From: Takakia lepidozioides
Taxonomy: Eukaryota; Plantae; Bryophyta
DNA: 64,000 bases
Direction: 5' to 3'
Assembly (NCBI GenBank): GCA_030704615.1
Contig: CM060731.1
Span: forward strand, 63,860,001 to 63,924,000
Part shown: positions 51,346 through 63,535 of the stretch, in pieces
Position numbering within the stretch: the first letter of the stretch is position 1
Layout of the letters: every line of letters starts with the position of its first letter
Position numbers and translations under genes: made by a program
The notes under the pieces: generated by a model
The model's input: only the letters and a program-made list of their open reading frames with translations
What the model was told of the DNA's origin: nothing
Databases searched by the model: none

Positions 51346-52157
51346 AACAGTGAAAGGACTTAGTGAAATTTAAGGGCCTTTGGAGGATTGTTTAGAAGAT
51401 ATTTGAGGGCCCTTGGAGGAGTATTTGGAGGATCTTTGGGGTCCTTGGAGGAGTGTTTGGAGGATCTTTGGGGTCCTTGGAGGACCCTTCGAGGAGCTTT
51501 GGTGGACAATGTTGAAGAGCTCTTGAAGGATTGATTGATATTGAGGGATACTTGCCACGGCCATACAAGCGAGTGGATAGAGACATGAGGGAGAGTGGTG
51601 GGATGAGAGCATTCTGGGGTTAGGAATTGCTTTAGTTTCTCTTCTCCATAGTTTTTCACCCTCTCTGTAGGCCAAAACCTTTCCGTAGGTGGAGGCAAGA
51701 GTCAGTCCGGGTTTGGGTTGGGGTGTCCTTGCAGGAGCGACACCGTGGAGTGTTTTTGGTGTGGGGGAGTTGCTGTCTTGATTTTCTTATGTTTGGATCC
51801 CCTCCACACCTGCATGCTTGACTGTGTGCCATGTTAGCTTTGTGTGGGCGCTTGTTTTCATAGGAGGTTGGTCCGGATTTGATCACCGGCCAATCCTAGA
51901 GTATGCTGTCGGTGGTGAGGCTGGAGTGATGACCAGCAAGACCACCAGTGTTTCTTCTATGGTGAGGCTGGGTTGATGACCAGCAGATCATATGAGTGCT
52001 TGCGATGGATGCAGGTGCAGGTACAGGTCTACGTTAGAAACCTATTATTCCTGCTTGAACCAGTAGCCGCAACAGGTTCTTTACCCGGTTACCTTGTAAA
52101 AAGTGGGGATTAGAGACAGGTTGACAACCGGTTGGGTTGTGAGTTTTCATCACGGAG

Positions 52158-53980
52158 GTGCCACCAGCTGCTGAGGGGAGTGCCGGTACAAGCACCAGTG
52201 ATACTAGTCGGTACACAAGACAAGGTGTGCGGTTTAGGCCACTTTCACCTTCAGTGTCTTCTAAGGAAGGTTCAGACTCGGAGTCAGGAGGATTCTCGCC
52301 GAGGGTGCAAGTCATTTCCGTGCCATTGTTGTGGGACACGATGGAGGAGATGTATGGAGCTACCAAGGGGCCACGTAGGTACTCTGGAGCTGTGGGCACC
52401 ATCGAGCTTGATGACTTTATACAAGAGTGTGACAGTTGGTGTGATTTGCAGCATCAGCAGCTAGAGCAGAGGCTCGCTGCCAAGGCTACAGCTCAGGTGG
52501 TACCGGCTCCCAGGCGGGATGGTCCACCTCCTGCTCCTTAGGGAGGAGATATGGGAGGCATGGGATTCATGTGCGGATCAGCACTACCACTAGTGCAGGT
52601 GGAGTCTGCTGCAACCGTGACTCGAGGAGCAGCACGAGTTCCTGAGCCACGAGGTGCAGAGGTGGAATTGGATCCACAGCGTGGGGAGGCAAGCCGTCAG
52701 GCGAGGCTTCCTCAGTCATTCACATTGGCGGAGACAGTGTCGACGCCATCCATGGCACCTAGTTCTCGCCCGACTGTTACCGAGGCGGAGGTTACTATGC
52801 CATTGGGGAGAGCTACACGTGCAACACTGACACCTGCTACCAAGGCTAGTGCAGCCGGTGTGTTATTGGGGGCAACCACCTCTGTGTGTCAAGCCCCACT
52901 ATTCTCGGCAACCATGATTGCGACGCCGAGACCAGCTGCAGTGTTCAAACTAGCAGTAACACTCTGCGAGAGTGGGGAGGTCACTTCATCTTCTGCGGAG
53001 TTACTGGAAGGTGTAGTGGCAGAGGGATCCTCGGATTTGAGGATCAAGACTGCCACGGCTGCGCCATGGCAAGCTGCAGCTGCCAGGTTGACGGAGCTGC
53101 CAGCTAGGCTAGCCTTTGAGCGCGCCATGGTGATACCTGGAGTTGTTTTGTTAAACAACCAGGGAGACATTTTCACTTTGAGTGGACCGGCAGGCAAGAA
53201 GTACCGGCCACTGCGGGTCTTGTTGGACTCAGGAGCTCAGCCACTGATGTTGGGCAGAGCTGCTATTGCAGGTTTGGGCCTCATGGAGGCGGATATGGAG
53301 CCTTTGAGCGCGCCATGGTGATACCTGGAGTTGTTTTGTTAAACAACCAGGGAGACATTTTCACTTTGAGTGGACCGGCAGGCAAGAAGTACCGCCCACT
53401 GCTGGTCTTGTTGGACTCAGGAGCTCAGCCACTGATGTTGGGCAGAGCTGCTATTGCAGGTTTGGGCCTCATGGAGGCGGATATGGAGCCTTGTCCTTTC
53501 CAGATACAGATATCTCTGGGAGGATCAGAGCAGGCTCGGGGCATGACACGGCGTGAGTTGGCCATTGGACTACAACCACATCATCCTGTAGATGACTCAG
53601 TGATGCGAGCCAAGGCCATTGTGACAGACGCGGTCTCTTACGATGTCCTTGTTGGTGGGGCAGTGTTATATCCCATGGGCTTCACCCTGGACTTTTGGGA
53701 GGAGTCAGCATCCTACAGGCCTGGATGGCAGTTAGGGGATGGTCGTCGTGCACAGCTCCCTGTGACATTCATTGGGGGTATTGCGGCTGCCCAGCGGGGC
53801 AAGATGCCAACACTAGCCGCCTTTACAGCTGCAGTTAGTTGGTCTGGAGAGTTGTTGGAAGGCAATGCCCATGCAGAGGATGTGCCACCTCTAGCAGAGC
53901 AGGATGACATGCATGGTACGGCGGAGTTGCCTGCCATGGTTGCTCACACTCCATTATGGGGTACGAGCAAGGATTTGTAG
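52158..53980 (+). pseudogene. gag remnant and aspartic protease of copy 2, with a 188-bp frameshifting tandem duplication (53111-53298 / 53299-53486)
   Basis: Gag-like YSG..ELDDFIQECDSW, then RVLLDSGAQP and YDVLVGG protease motifs. The duplication is bounded by AGCCTT microhomology. Confidence 0.85.
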
Positions 53981-54052
53981 CAGGCTGCTGATGGACGGGT
54001 ACAACAAGCTTGGGTAGAGGCTTTCGTACCGTCAGGAACAGAGGAGAGTGCG

Positions 54053-55324
54053 GTGATTGCACCAAGACCACCTCAGTTGTCGCCATTGGACACCACACCT
54101 CTTGTGTGGCAGTGCCCGGATGAAGACATATGCCTTCTGGACTTGTTTGGCGGGATAAGCACTGGATTGGCTGCAGTACTGCAAGCAGGTGTACGAGTTC
54201 GACGTTACCTATATGTGGAGAGGGATGAGACTGCACGACGCATCTCACTGCGCCATGTTGCTCAGTTGGTACAGCAGTACCCTGATTTGTTGCCAGTGTC
54301 TGCAGTTCGTGGATACCAACAAGCCTTGTCAGCAGACATTTCGTTGCTGGGAACACAAGATTTGGAGCGGGTTGGCTCCATTGATCTGGTAGTGGCAGGT
54401 TGGCCCTGCCAAGGGCATTCATCAGCCGGGCATGGCAATGGATTGCGAGACTCGAGGACGGGTCTGTTTTGGGAGATGGTGCGGATTTTGCGCCACTTGC
54501 AGCTTCATCAAGCTGTATCTCCAGCATACATCTTGGAGAATGTGCCATTGATGGGTGATTCTCGGGCCAGGGTGATGGCCAGTGTGCATCAAGTCCGGTC
54601 ATGGCTTGGGTCAGCAGTGTTGCTGGATGCAGCTGTAGTGGGGTCATGGGCTCATCGTTCACGGCTATGGTGGACTAACTTGATGCCACCCGCACTGCTC
54701 AAGCGTGCATTTGATGGGGTGCAGCGGCCAGCACACCTCACAGTGGATAGCATTTTGGACACAGGGAGACAGTCTCAACGTGCGAGACACGATGACCGTT
54801 CGCCTTTGGCAGCGGTCAACAGGGTGGGTCAACCACGAGCAGCATTACCTACACTGCTCAGCTTCCCAGGATCCCATGCTTTTCGGGATGGTGGACCTGG
54901 CCTCTTGTGGGATAGCCAGTTGCAACAATTAGTGGAGCCCAATGCTGACGAGCGCAAGCGGGCGATGGGTTTTACCACAGGTACCACGGCGGTTCCATCT
55001 CTTTCTGAGGCATCACGTCGTCAGGTGTTGGGGCAAGCAATGGATCTCAATTGCTTGACCTGGATTATCAGCTTGGCTATGGCTGAGCAGCGCAGAGTAT
55101 GGAGTACACTTCCCTTCAAAGTCTCCCTGCCTACCGAGACGGTACAGACAGTGAGTGGGGGCGAGCAGGTGAGGACCACGAGGTGCAGGCCGCATCCATG
55201 GCACACGTGGGAGGTGCTCGAGGTTCAGAAGGAGTTGGCAGCCAAGGCGGTGGTGATGATGATCAGGTTGGGGATTTTTCTCGGATTGAGGAGGTTCTCA
55301 GGATGGGATGATGGGGCAGGATGA
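54053..55324 (+). CDS. DNA (cytosine-5)-methyltransferase domain, DNMT3-like, embedded in the retrotransposon pol
   Basis: Motif I LDLFGGI, II YVERD, IV GWPCQGHS (catalytic Cys 54407-54409), V SRTGLF, VI ILENV, VIII AHRSRLWWTN, IX ERKRAMGF and X RRQVLGQAM. It is in the same frame as the protease, separated by one TAG (53978-53980). Confidence 0.93.
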   Translation: MIAPRPPQLSPLDTTPLVWQCPDEDICLLDLFGGISTGLAAVLQAGVRVRRYLYVERDETARRISLRHVAQLVQQYPDLLPVSAVRGYQQALSADISLLGTQDLERVGSIDLVVAGWPCQGHSSAGHGNGLRDSRTGLFWEMVRILRHLQLHQAVSPAYILENVPLMGDSRARVMASVHQVRSWLGSAVLLDAAVVGSWAHRSRLWWTNLMPPALLKRAFDGVQRPAHLTVDSILDTGRQSQRARHDDRSPLAAVNRVGQPRAALPTLLSFPGSHAFRDGGPGLLWDSQLQQLVEPNADERKRAMGFTTGTTAVPSLSEASRRQVLGQAMDLNCLTWIISLAMAEQRRVWSTLPFKVSLPTETVQTVSGGEQVRTTRCRPHPWHTWEVLEVQKELAAKAVVMMIRLGIFLGLRRFSGWDDGAG

Positions 55325-55391
55325 GACATTGTCACTGACAGAGGAGGCAGTGGTCACTGCTCAAGAGGTTGCAGCATAGCAACCACGGGAC

Positions 55392-58253
55392 GTGTCTTCT
55401 ACCTCTAAGCCTGCTAGAGTCAAGATTGCAGTCACGGAGGACAACTGGGAGCCCGATGTTGGACCTATAGTCACCGGACGAGAGAGACGACGTATACGGC
55501 GGTTCTTGAGGGCTTACAGGAACTGCTTTGCCTTCAGTTTGAAGGACTTAGGAGCACTGAAGGGTCAAGAGATTCGCATTGAATTGGCTACTGACACGCC
55601 AATCTTTCGGAGACCCTATAGATACAGTGACACGGAGAGGTCCTTGATTCAGATGAGAACTCAGGACCTTTGGGAGGCTGGTTTGGTGGAGCTATCTGGG
55701 GGAGAGTATGCTTCAGCCACAGTGATGCCAGCCAAGAAGGATGTCTTTGGCAATTGGACGGAGAGACGTATGTGCGGTGATTACCGGCCTGTAAATCGTC
55801 AGACCAAGTCCAATAGGTATGCCATGCCAACACCAGAGGAGATCTTTGATGCCATTGGGCATGCCAAGGTCTTTAGCACGTTGGATTTACGATCCGGATA
55901 TCACCAGTTGCCGATCAAGGAGGCGGATAAGCAAAAGACGGCATTCTGGGGGATCAATGAGCACGGGAAGGATTGCCTATACCAGTGGCGGTTCTTACCA
56001 TTTGGGCTTAAGAACGCTCCGGCAGAGTTTCAGAGAGTCATGGACAAGATTCTAGCAGGGGTGGAGTTTGCTCGGTGCTACATAGATGACATCATCATCT
56101 TTAATGCTACGGTGGAAGAGCATGAGAGACACCTTCAGGGGTATTTGAGCGCTTGAGGGCGCACGGATTGAAGTTACATCCGGGAAAGTGCAAGTTTTTC
56201 CACAACCAGATTGAGTATCTGGGTCACATGATATATCTTGGAGGATTGGGGGTACAGCAGACTAAGGTAGAGTCCATTGCACAGGTTCCACGCCCACGGA
56301 TGTGAGCCGAGTTCGAGCTTTCATGGGGTTAAACAAACTATTATAGACGGTTTGTTAAGGGATTTAGTGCCATTGCAAAGGCTCTAACCAAGCTGACCAA
56401 GGTCGACCAGGAGTGGCAGTGGGAAGATGAGCAAGAACAAGCTTTTCAAGAGCTCAAGGCGAGGTTGACCTCGGCCCATCTTGAGACGACCTATTAGGGG
56501 GCGTCCTTTTCAGCTGCATACAGATTGGAGCATGCTGGGGCTTGGAGCGGTGCTCACACAGGTGGATGATGAGGGAAGAGAGTTCGTAGTGGCTTATGCT
56601 AGCCGCTCGAACAACGTTGCAGAGTCTAAGTATAGCTCATATGAGGGAGAATGCTTAGCTGCAGTGTGGGCCGTGGCACACTTCAGGTGCTATCTATACG
56701 GCAATCTCTTCACCCTTGTCATGGATCACCAACCACTCAAGTGGTTGATGGAGTCAGACAAGCTTATGGGGAAGCTTGCACGGTGGGCACTCATCCTTCA
56801 AGAGTATGACTTTCAGGTGGTGCATCGACCGGGTTTGGTCAATCGCAATGCAGATGGGTTGAGTCGCAATCCATGCACGAGCCAGCAGGATGACACTGGA
56901 GCTCGGTGGCATGGTGAGACGGACGAGGAGATGGTGCCCGGATGGCATGCATCTGCATTTCTGTGTATCTTGGCAGCGGAAGGCCAGGTTGGACCTGCAA
57001 CAGGGATGACTGTAGATCAAGTGTCTGAGGACCCTGAGGCCAGCAATGAGCAAGGTGGCGCCAAAGATATACATGAGGATTCAGTTGTGTTGGACTACCT
57101 GCACTAGAGACACTGCAGCCACTGTGACTGCCAAGGAGAGGGATCGGATCCTACAACGAGCCAAGAGGTTCAAGTAGGAGGGGACACACCTGCTCCGAGT
57201 GTGGAAGGATGGTCGAGTGAGGATTGTGCCTCACCCAAACAGCGGGCACGGTTAGTGCGGCATGCCCATGAGGAGTTGGGGCATTTTGGGGTGCGACGCA
57301 CTCATAGTCTACTGCAGGGGCAGTATTGGTGGCGTGGTATGCACACAGAGGTGCAACAATTTGTGGCTAGGTGCATGGTATGTGACAGGGTGCGTGCTTC
57401 ATTCAACGCCCCTACTCCACAATTGCACCCTCTTCCGATCATGGGATTGGGCTACAGGTGGAGTCTTGACTTCGCAGGGCCGTTGCCACTGACCATGCGC
57501 CACAACAAGTACGTGTTGGTGATGGTGGACACTTCTCCAAGTGGATTGAATTGGTTCCATTGCCTGATAAGGCTAGTGAGGGAGCTGCGTATGCATTCTT
57601 GGATTGTGTGCTTAGCCGATTCGGTGCTCCAGCTGAGGTACTCACGGACCAAGGGAGAGAGTTCTTGGGGGAGTTTCAGGCTTTGTGTGACAAGGCCTTG
57701 ATAAACCACCGCGCCACTTCTCGGGATCATCCTGAGGCCGATGGCTTGGCAGAGAGAGTTGTTCAGACAGTAAAGAGGGGTTTGCGCAAGTATGGCTAGC
57801 AGAAGGGACACCTAGGAGATTGGGACCTTCAGTTACCTTGGTTAGCCATGGGCTACAGGTTCAGCAAGCAAGCATCACTTGCCTCCTTCTCACCATACTT
57901 TCTTCTCTTTGGCCGAGAGCCGGATTTGCCTACATCCATTCGCAGAGAAGCTGCTACAGTTCTTAACGTTGACGATCCGGATGTGTGGGCACGTGCATGT
58001 GAGCAGCGTGCAGAGTTGTTCAAGAAAGTCATGCCCATGGCTTTCGACAACATCGTGATACGTTGAGGTATGCTACCATACGTGGTGGGGGCTATCGTCC
58101 TGGGGTTCGGAGATTCAACCCTGGTGACTATGTTTATCTGCAGCAGACTACTCCTACGACCTTGGATGTGACTGCATGACGTACTATTTTGAGGGTTCGA
58201 GAGGTGTTGCCCTCAGGAGTCCTGATCTTGGAGGGTCGGGATGGCATGATTTG
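55392..58253 (+). pseudogene. RT - RNase H - integrase of copy 2
   Basis: RMCGDYRPVN, LDLRSGYHQL, PFGLKNAP, YIDD, TDWS, DHQPL, ADGLSR, H..GH..C..C, DFAGP, TDQG and LAER. Several frameshifts and stops. Confidence 0.93.
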
Positions 58254-59020
58254 TGGAAGATAAATTGCATCCACAAATTGACGACATCCACACCGAGCTG
58301 ATGATTGTCTGGGATGATGAAGGATGTCGGATATGTGCCTAACATAGGCTTTGTGTTGCATGATTTGGAGGAGACAAAAGAACTTTCACTTTGCCTCCAT
58401 AGTGAGAAGCTGGCCATTGCGTTTGGGCTTATCCCCCTGGGATGCCTATGTGTGTCATCAAGAACTTTAGGGTGTGTGGCAATGGAGAATGACCGCAGCA
58501 CTAGCGCCCAGAGGTCCATGCATACACCCCAAATCCATTCCCAACTAGAGGGGGGAGAAGAACTTAAGAGAGGGAGGGTCCAGCTTAGGACGGAAGGAAT
58601 GGATATCAGGAAAGCTGAAGCATTACTATGATGAAGAGAGAGAGGAGTGCTTTATGTACAATTTGTGGGGAGCATGGCCTGTGGACTTCCTAAAGGGTGG
58701 AAAGATTGGCACAAAGGCTTGAGCGTTGCGAGGCCAGCAGCTTGTGCGGTCTTTCGCTTTCCCACCCTCCACCCTGAAGCCCATGGATGTATTTTTTTCG
58801 CTTTTGTTTCTACATGGTGCTCAGGTCTTCATTCCAAATTCGAGGGGCGATGCCAAGGGGTTCATGGGTTGTCTTTGATTCGGCTGTGTCTCTGCCGTGT
58901 GACTGCCACACTGCCACCAAGTTCATCTCAAAAATTGTCTGGTGAACAATTGTTATACAGGATGCCAACCGTTTTCACCACTTCGAGGATGGGGGATGCT
59001 CTTGTGGGGATTACTGGTGA
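58250..59020 (+). pseudogene. PPR-protein DYW cytidine-deaminase domain relic (58250-58477 and 58898-59020)
   Basis: [35 protein letters not shown] | DCHTATKFISKI and DANRFHHFEDGGCSCGDYW-stop. Confidence 0.92.
58478..58897 (+). repeat. 420-bp inverted copy of 28949-29368 (SMG8-like segment)
   Basis: Reverse-complement match over 420 bp. Only one mismatch was noticed. Confidence 0.95.
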
Positions 59021-59254
59021 AACAAGCAGTAAACCCAGAAGGAAGAAATCCTGTGGACAGACAATTGATATTGTGTCCGTATATCTGTAATACCAAAGAA
59101 CCAACTGGTGAATGTGACAGATGATACTGATATTCTTGGAGCTTCCCATGGTGACAAGGACAATCCAAGTAGTTTATGGGACAGCAGCACTGAAGTGAGG
59201 GAAAAACCTCTTGCGGAGTGGTCCGCAGACTGCACGGTTCAGTAGGCACTTTGT

Positions 59255-59455
59255 TTGCAGAGCAAAGGAGGTGAAATTGACCTTATTGTGCTGGTTGATG
59301 AAAACTTTTCACATGAGCACCGAGAGGGATTGAGTGATGCAAGATGGCAAGTTCGACAGATAGAAAGATTTCGCAACCCCCATCTGCAGAAAGGCAGCTA
59401 CAATGAGTGGAATTATAGCAAATTGAGACTTTGGCAGCTTACGGACTATGCACGG
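59255..59455 (+). pseudogene. GT8 glycogenin-like (PGSIP/GUX) gene fragment
   Basis: DLIVLVDE..S..HREGL..ARW.VRQIERFRNP...SYNEWNYSKLRLWQLTDY. Confidence 0.85.
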
Positions 59456-59833
59456 TCATCTCCATAACATGAATATAGTCAATGTTGTCTCCCTCCAAGT
59501 TCAAATAGCAGTTTCTAGTTGGTTGTGTCCGCAGCATCTCTAGCTGTGCCGCAGTACCCTCCCACCTTTCTCTGCTCCTATTCATTGCCTTTTAGTCTCT
59601 TTACAAGACAAGCAAAAGAGGCAGTAGTCAAGTGGAACCGATCATTGGACTGCTTTGCGTTTCGGGCACAGCATACAAAATGGTTATCATCTTCAATTCT
59701 GGCCATACTTGTGAGAAGACTCCGGAGTTCAATTCTCTCACAACCAGAACCTCAAAGTTGGTGTTTTAGTCCCAATCTTCAAAGCTTGCCGGCATTTTCC
59801 AAAAGCGAGTGAGGGAGATTATTTCGGGGTTTT

Positions 59834-59905
59834 CGAACCCGACGTGAATCGAACATGCAACTTTCTGATCTAGAGTCAGACGCGCTACCATTGCGCCACA
59901 GATCC
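59834..59905 (-). tRNA. tRNA-Trp-derived gene or pseudogene with CUA (amber) anticodon
   Basis: GGATCTGTGGCGCAATGGTAGCGCGTCTGACTCTAGATCAGAAAGTTGCATGTTCGATTCACGTCGGGTTCG is a plant cytosolic tRNA-Trp body. The anticodon reads CTA (59871-59873) instead of CCA. Confidence 0.88.
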
Positions 59906-62900
59906 CACATCTGAAAGTGAAGGTTTATTCTTCTTAGCAAAAAATCCCGTTGAGACAAGGAATATATCGGTGCTGGGTGGTGGCCCTATATCATTTACCC
60001 AGCATACCCCCGGAGCCAGCCAAAATCAGCACCGCAGGTGGATTGATATGAGGCAGAAATTCAGGTGTGGCAATTCAATATACCGTACTACAATCTGAAA
60101 CCTTGGAATCCTCGGCCTGCAGTTCCTCAGTATCTCTTCCGCTTCCACTCGAGGAGGAAGACAATTCCAGACATTTCAGTCGTTCATCCAGATCCACCTA
60201 TTTTCATCCACTCCATTCCTCATTCACTCGGGGAAGGAGCTCGAGTTCGAGAATGGCGATGGCGGACAAGTAGATTGGCGGTTTGCTCGCTCTGCAGGAG
60301 ATAGCGTTTTCGATGGACGTTCCAGTCAAGCGTATGCTCTCTCTCAAGCTTGCGATGATGATCATCGATTTCGCTTACGGAACATTGTTGGTGAAGGTTA
60401 GCTTGGTATGGACGATCTCCTCAACTTTTGCCATTTCTGCAAGGAAATCACGACTGCCTACCCTGGTTGAAGATTTAATTTGGGCCTTGCGTCTGTGGGA
60501 ATTTTTCCTGTAGCATTGTAAAGTCGAATTTAGCAGCCACAGATGGCCCGGACAGCCTTTTCCCATGAGTACGTGTGCTTCCCGGGGTACTTTCCAAAGT
60601 CTTAGCTATGGCCGCTGTTTCGGCAGAATGGCTCTCTTACCCCCAGTGCACGAATTTACAGATTCTCTAAGCCGACCACCAGGCTATAGATCTGCACTGC
60701 TGTGAATAAGGTTGGAAAACGGAATCGAAATGAATAGAGTAATTTGGATAGATATTACAGATCGTATAAGAGGCGATGGTTCCTGAAGAAAAATTATCCC
60801 AAATTCAGCCAGTTTGGCACTGGTATTGTGAAAGATGCATTTTGAAGCTCAGGCGCGACAAGTCTCACGAGAATGACCATTTTTCTCACACCAGTATTAG
60901 ATACAGAGCTTTCTTCCAGTGCATTTAGGATCTGAAGCATAGTCTGTTTCCTACATTCATACGAAAGTGCTACAGGAAAGAGAGACTGGAACATGCTAAC
61001 ACGATAAAATGGACATAAAGGTACACATGAGACAATGTTGTATGATGGAACATTGAGTAGGGAATCCCCGATAGTACAATCCATTCCTGGAAAGGGAATT
61101 CTTCCTAGACTACCAAGGTGTCAGTTAATGGATGATTTGTCCACCCTAAGGGACTGCCTAATTGACAGGAAATTATCTCTCGACGGGCATAATGCAAGTC
61201 TAGCTAGTAAAAACATCTGTTAACGTCTTTGGTTTCAGTGCAGATTTATGTACTTCAACGACCCGCCCTTGCACAGCCAAATCCTTCTGAAATTACTGAA
61301 TCCCATGGGGATGAAGGTTGGTCAGTGACAATGCTGGCTGTATCTACCGAATCTGCTGGTTGGTGCCTCTGTATACCTTCCACTCAAACCATGGTGAGCA
61401 GTTCTAATACTTTCTGATGTAACTTCGGCACATTGATCTATACTCGTTGTGATTCTTGTGAAAACTTTTTTGTCAACATGTAGTGTATACTCACTTCTCC
61501 TAGAGAGTTCTTATTTGTCATCGCCTCTTCAAAACTGGCTGGCTAAATGCAGTCAAGTTCTCTGTCATAATCTGTAGGTTTCACAAGGTCTTTGACCGAC
61601 AAGCATAGGAATATTCATCGAATCTCTAGCACGTCCTTCACTTCATCACCCTCTTGTATATTCTACAGGTAGCTCACATCCTGGTATTGCTTCTTTTGAG
61701 GTTCTTTTGACTGATAGGGGCTTGGCGCTGGTACAGATGACTGTCCATCATCATTCCAAGAGCACCTGGATGCTTTTGGAACCCATTGTTGTGGGACCAA
61801 AGCATGTGAACAGACATTTATCCCCAAATACTTCGCTTCCAATGGCTGAGATTCCTTGGTTGGTTTCAACTTGTTCGAGGAGCTAGTTTGCATGGAAGAC
61901 CCGCCTGTTTGGAAGACTCCGATAAGATCCTCAGTGGCTTTTGTAGGCCTGACAGCTGGAGACTCGTATCTTCCCTCTGCAAACTGTTCAGACGTTTACC
62001 AAGAATTCTATGCGGGTAGACTACCTAAGGCAATGGTCTGTTCTTACAGTGTCGAACTTGTGTAAACTAACTACTGTTGCAACTGCCATTGAATCTTAGT
62101 TGTTGATGGTATACAAATGGATAGTAGAGAAATGTAGTCAGACGAAATAGGCTTAAGGTTGTGATCATGTTGAGTGCACCAGACTTAAGTGAGAATCTTA
62201 TGAGCTCATTGGCTATGCCTGGCTCTCTCTCTCTTTCCTCGCTCTCTCTCTCCCCACCTTCCCCTCTACTTTCAATATCCCTCTCACCCTAGCTTATGAC
62301 TGCAGATCCTCCGCCAGTCACTTTCCAGGTGGAGGCAGACCACAAAGATCGAGCAGCACCAGATCATATACACCTGGGCAGTATCAAGCTTGGGAGAAGG
62401 CTAAACTGGGACTGTTGAAGAGAGCAGATTTGGAGATCACGGATAAGATGTGTCGGGATCATATCAATGGCTGTGGGGCTAGGGCTCTTGAGCACTAATT
62501 TCTCACACCCTGAGAATGGAGCCCAGCAGTTATTCGATTACACCCAGCTCGGCAGGTCTCCAATGGTTGTTGCGGATCCAGGTGACAGTCTCATCTACTT
62601 GAAGAATACAGAGAGGTAACCTCCAAGTTAGCTTATGACTCTCAGAAGGCTGCTATGTTGAGTTCCAGGAATACGTGGTCTGAGTTTATCAGAGCCTATA
62701 CTGTGTACGAGACACCAGCTGACAGGTTGTCCTTGCTCTCCCAAAGGGAATATGCCAATCTTCAATTCATGTGTGCGCCGGCAGCGGGGCCCATGCACTG
62801 ACGGACGGGCGCCCCCGCGACCACCCGGAGGGTCCGGGTCTGCTCGCAGGTCGGGTCTGCTCACTGCTCGCAGGTCGGTCGTCGCGCCCCGCAGCCCGCC

Positions 62901-63149
62901 CGCGGGACTTAGAATTTTTTGCGGGAAAACTCGCCCATCGAAAGGAGGGTCATTAATACACATGCAGCGCCAACCAGAACCATCATAAATACACATTTGG
63001 CGCAGCCAAAATTGAACCCACAACCTCATAGGTACCACTCATTGCGCCCAACCACCACACTACTCACTGCTACCCCAATATTTTTTTATGTCTTAACCTA
63101 GAAAATAGCTGTAGTCAGCCTCAATGCCGCCTAGGGTTAGGGTGTGCTG

Positions 63150-63345
63150 ACCCTACCTCGCGGCAGCCAATCCTCGCAACAGACCCACCCGGGTAGAGTC
63201 TCACCTAGGGTCAAGGCCTGCGGACCCTACCACGCGACAGACCATACCTGGTGGCAGACCTACCCTCGCAGCAGACCCACCCAAGCCGAGTCTCGCGACA
63301 GACCATACCTGGCGGCCGACCCATCCTCGCGGCAGACCCACCCGG
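63150..63345. repeat. GC-rich degenerate short repeats (CTCGCGGCAGACC units), probably transposon subterminal sequence
   Basis: The motif recurs about 6 times. Confidence 0.55.
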
Positions 63346-63535
63346 GCCGGGGTCATGGGTCATGGGTCACGACGTCCGTGCATGGGGCCTGCCGCCTGGC
63401 GCACATGTGAGCCTTAAACTAATTGAGAAGTATACAAGGGAGTAGGAGGCCGTGGTTAATTTATTGATTGGATAAGGTTCATAGTCATTAAATGAGGAGT
63501 TAAAACGGCTATATATTCTATCTAATTACTAATAC

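Larger units (their letters stand above)
49624..58253 (+). mobile_element. Ty3/Gypsy retrotransposon copy 2 carrying a cytosine methyltransferase; 3' end lost
   Basis: Starts TGTCATGG like copy 1. A long leader is followed by a gag remnant, protease (LLDSGA), C5-MTase, RT (YIDD), RNase H and HHCC+DDE integrase. It breaks off before the PHD finger. Confidence 0.93.

Noticed and set aside
53978-53980. Programmed UAG readthrough of pol using the nearby amber tRNA
   Set aside because: Both copies have many independent stops and frameshifts. Simple decay, such as CAG/TGG to TAG, explains them.
54053-55324. Host DNMT3/DRM gene or bacterial contamination
   Set aside because: It is intronless, has canonical (not DRM-permuted) motif order, is in frame with the protease and is flanked by pol. 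There is no restriction-gene partner.
60280-62760. Receptor-kinase fragments (RDFLAEM, LDW, GARALEH)
   Set aside because: Only isolated short motifs in broken frames, too weak to annotate.
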